This document shows, in pieces, positions 61,698-64,000 of a stretch of DNA of 64,000 bases. The translations under genes were made by a program, and so were the position numbers. Under the pieces are notes generated by a model. It was not told where the DNA came from. It did no database searches and saw only the letters and a program-made list of their open reading frames with translations. Source of the DNA: Brumimicrobium sp. (GTDB taxonomy: Bacteria > Bacteroidota > Bacteroidia > Flavobacteriales_D > Crocinitomicaceae); NCBI GenBank assembly GCA_965659845.1, contig CBFHXS010000001.1, positions 12,034 to 76,033 on the forward strand, read 5' to 3'. Positions within the stretch are counted from its first letter, which is position 1. Each line of letters opens with the position of its first letter.

Positions 61698-63989
61698 TTA
61701 ATTCTTCCTTTTGAAGATAAATAAAATAATTCCTAAACCAAGTAATAACAAAGCTCCACCAATGATAAAAAGCCAATTCCTAATATCGGTTGATTTACGC
61801 TTTTCACTTTCAAGTTCACTACAATATCTGTTTTTATTACCAGGAGTCGGCTTTTCCTGCACCCAGGAGTTGTATAGTTCGTCACTACAGCTCTTAAAAA
61901 CTTTAGACCAATTTAATTTACCTGACTCCTTTTTCCAGTTCGCAGTAGCTACTCTATCCACGTTTAACGAGTCTTTATCATGAATTGTTACTATTTCTCC
62001 TTTTTTACTAATTCCAAAGCATAATCCACCCACAACGTTTTCTATAGAATACCTTCTTTCGAACACATCTTTATTTTCTGTAAAAACAAAGTATCCACCA
62101 GGATTTAATACAATAGACTCTTTTATTTTATAATTATGTGAGTCATCTGATATTATCCACCCTTTTAAGTCTACAGCTCTATCACTTATATTGGCTAGTT
62201 CTATATAATCTGTATCGTAAATGCTATCCTGCTCAGCATCAATTTCATTAATAATTATGCTACCCTTAAACTTTGATGCTTTTCTTTTTTTGAATATTGG
62301 TACGAAGGTGATGGAGTCTTTCAATAAGGTATCTATCAACTTGCCTTTCGTCTTACTCTGTTCCCAACCAACAAATGTATATCCAAAATCAGGCTTTGCT
62401 TCAACCTGAATACGGGTATTCGTAAAATATGAACCATCAAAAGCGTCCTCCACTAATAAAGTGTTTAATCTAACTACCCCGCCCTCAGTGTTATTAATCC
62501 TTACTTTAACTAAGTCACCAAGGTCAAAACGTTCCTTAAGCTGGTTTTGCAATATTTCTGGTCTTTTTGCTATGAAGTCATATAGTTTATTAAAACTAAA
62601 TTCATATATGTGGTTTGTTACTCCCCAGCGTTTTTTATGGTGCTTAATTTCTTTTTCAACATCATTTTTTAAAGAGTCTAATAGATACACGGCGTTATCT
62701 GGTCTGAAAACTGTGTTTATTAAGTCTGAAAACTGAGCAACATATTTATTTTTAATGCTATCGTTCTCTAAAAGTTTTCTTATCAATAAGGTAGACCAGT
62801 TCGGGTGAGGCCATTCCCTCTCATGCTCAGTAGTGAAGTGACTTACCGAGTTTTTTAGGTGAGCTTTAGTGGTAAAAATATTCATACTATGGTCAACATC
62901 ATAAAAAATCCACCTCCACTTAGCCGTATCACTTGTATGGCGATAATATCTAATGTTTCCGCCAGCATCTGCGTTTCCAGTGTAAACTTCACAAGCATTA
63001 TATAACAAGTAATTAGCTATATCAATCTTCGAATCAACATATTCAAGATCTTGCTGCTTGGATAAATCTAAATTTTTAAGTTTATTCCAAAATTCTACAT
63101 AGTCTTTAGAAGAACCGTATTGAACGCTCTTCTCATGTCGCATGATTATTAAACTATCCGTATCATAACCATAATGCTGATGAATGAAGTGTTTATTTAT
63201 CTTTTCACGTAGATTATACTTACCCCAGTACTCTCCATTAATGTAAACAGCTACCGGTCTATATGCTTGAACAAGCAAGCCCGTTGAACCTACAAGAGTC
63301 GTAGCAAAAGCATCTCTAATATGAGCCCCTTGCATATCACTCCCCGCATTTCGAAGAACTAGGTTGTTATATTTTTTAAAAGGTCTATTCTCAAAAAATG
63401 AATAATTAAATTTACTAGATCCGTATTCCTTGCGCGCATAGAGACCAAAAGACTTTTGAGGCATAGCTAAACTAAACCCTCCAAACATTTGTATGCCTGC
63501 ACTTTGATCGATAACTTGCTCATTGTTTTCGTTTACGTAAGAAATTCTAGCTTCCCTTTCCCAGTCTTTCCAAAAATTAGCGCCTTTAAAAGGTTTCTCT
63601 GACTCTGCACAGCAACCTTTCATATACATCCCTGTATCTTCATCAAATAAATTGGACTGCTCAGTAATGATCGATAATACAGGAAAATCGTGGTCTTTAT
63701 CTATAATATAAGTTCTAGAAAACTCTTTCTCAACACCTTTATCGTCTACAAATAGAAATCTAAATGACGTATTTCTAGAAACTTTTAACGTTGATGAGGA
63801 AAGATTTTTACTTTTTCGGGTTGGTTTATCACCATTATCTGTGTAGTATATTTTACCGTTTGACGGTAAATCTATACTAATTTCATCAAGATTTTTATGA
63901 ACTCCTGATTCAGGTGAGAATATGATCTCTTTTTGAGCATTAACAGCTGTGTTAAGAAGTAATAATAATATGAAAATACGCGTTGTCAA
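61698..63989 (-). CDS. CotH kinase family protein with Fn3-like and lamin-tail domains and C-terminal TM anchor
   Basis: IYYTDNG..P, WERE, QKSFGLYAR..YG, LVLRNAGSD, YINGEYWG.YNLREK, WRWIFYDVD, LTD IIINEI..DYIELAN..DLKGW. The frame stays open to the window edge, so the start is uncertain. Confidence 0.88.
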   Translation of the reverse strand: MTTRIFILLLLLNTAVNAQKEIIFSPESGVHKNLDEISIDLPSNGKIYYTDNGDKPTRKSKNLSSSTLKVSRNTSFRFLFVDDKGVEKEFSRTYIIDKDHDFPVLSIITEQSNLFDEDTGMYMKGCCAESEKPFKGANFWKDWEREARISYVNENNEQVIDQSAGIQMFGGFSLAMPQKSFGLYARKEYGSSKFNYSFFENRPFKKYNNLVLRNAGSDMQGAHIRDAFATTLVGSTGLLVQAYRPVAVYINGEYWGKYNLREKINKHFIHQHYGYDTDSLIIMRHEKSVQYGSSKDYVEFWNKLKNLDLSKQQDLEYVDSKIDIANYLLYNACEVYTGNADAGGNIRYYRHTSDTAKWRWIFYDVDHSMNIFTTKAHLKNSVSHFTTEHEREWPHPNWSTLLIRKLLENDSIKNKYVAQFSDLINTVFRPDNAVYLLDSLKNDVEKEIKHHKKRWGVTNHIYEFSFNKLYDFIAKRPEILQNQLKERFDLGDLVKVRINNTEGGVVRLNTLLVEDAFDGSYFTNTRIQVEAKPDFGYTFVGWEQSKTKGKLIDTLLKDSITFVPIFKKRKASKFKGSIIINEIDAEQDSIYDTDYIELANISDRAVDLKGWIISDDSHNYKIKESIVLNPGGYFVFTENKDVFERRYSIENVVGGLCFGISKKGEIVTIHDKDSLNVDRVATANWKKESGKLNWSKVFKSCSDELYNSWVQEKPTPGNKNRYCSELESEKRKSTDIRNWLFIIGGALLLLGLGIILFIFKRKN

Positions 63990-64000
63990 TCCCCTAAAAA

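Overview
AT-rich, gene-dense chromosomal segment of a Bacteroidota bacterium. It looks like Flavobacteriales, possibly a marine Crocinitomicaceae/Cryomorphaceae-like lineage; this is inferred from sprA/T9SS cargo, TAnnTTTG promoter elements, the long three-domain IspG and gene order. It holds about 50 CDSs, two tRNAs (CAT anticodon, probably Ile2 or Met; Cys-GCA) and three parS palindromes around ybeY-mnmG, so it is probably origin-proximal. No integrase, transposase, prophage or CRISPR array was seen. Housekeeping genes (purD, pth, maeB-ruvA-sprA, radA, rdgB, ispG, mnmG, ybeY, gltX, folB) alternate with envelope and secreted-protein loci. The best candidate for an undescribed system is 15.7-21.5 kb, where five exported proteins each carry a cysteine pair: a periplasmic TlpA, a DUF6029 beta-barrel whose only two Cys form a CxxxxC near the C-terminus, an Omp28 CxxC lipoprotein and two T9SS cargos. 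This suggests a thiol-disulfide relay across the outer membrane. The second candidate is a secreted vanadium haloperoxidase coupled to FG-GAP/ASPIC-UnbV propellers, with an exported KatG nearby. All family names come from motif recognition; no database search was run.
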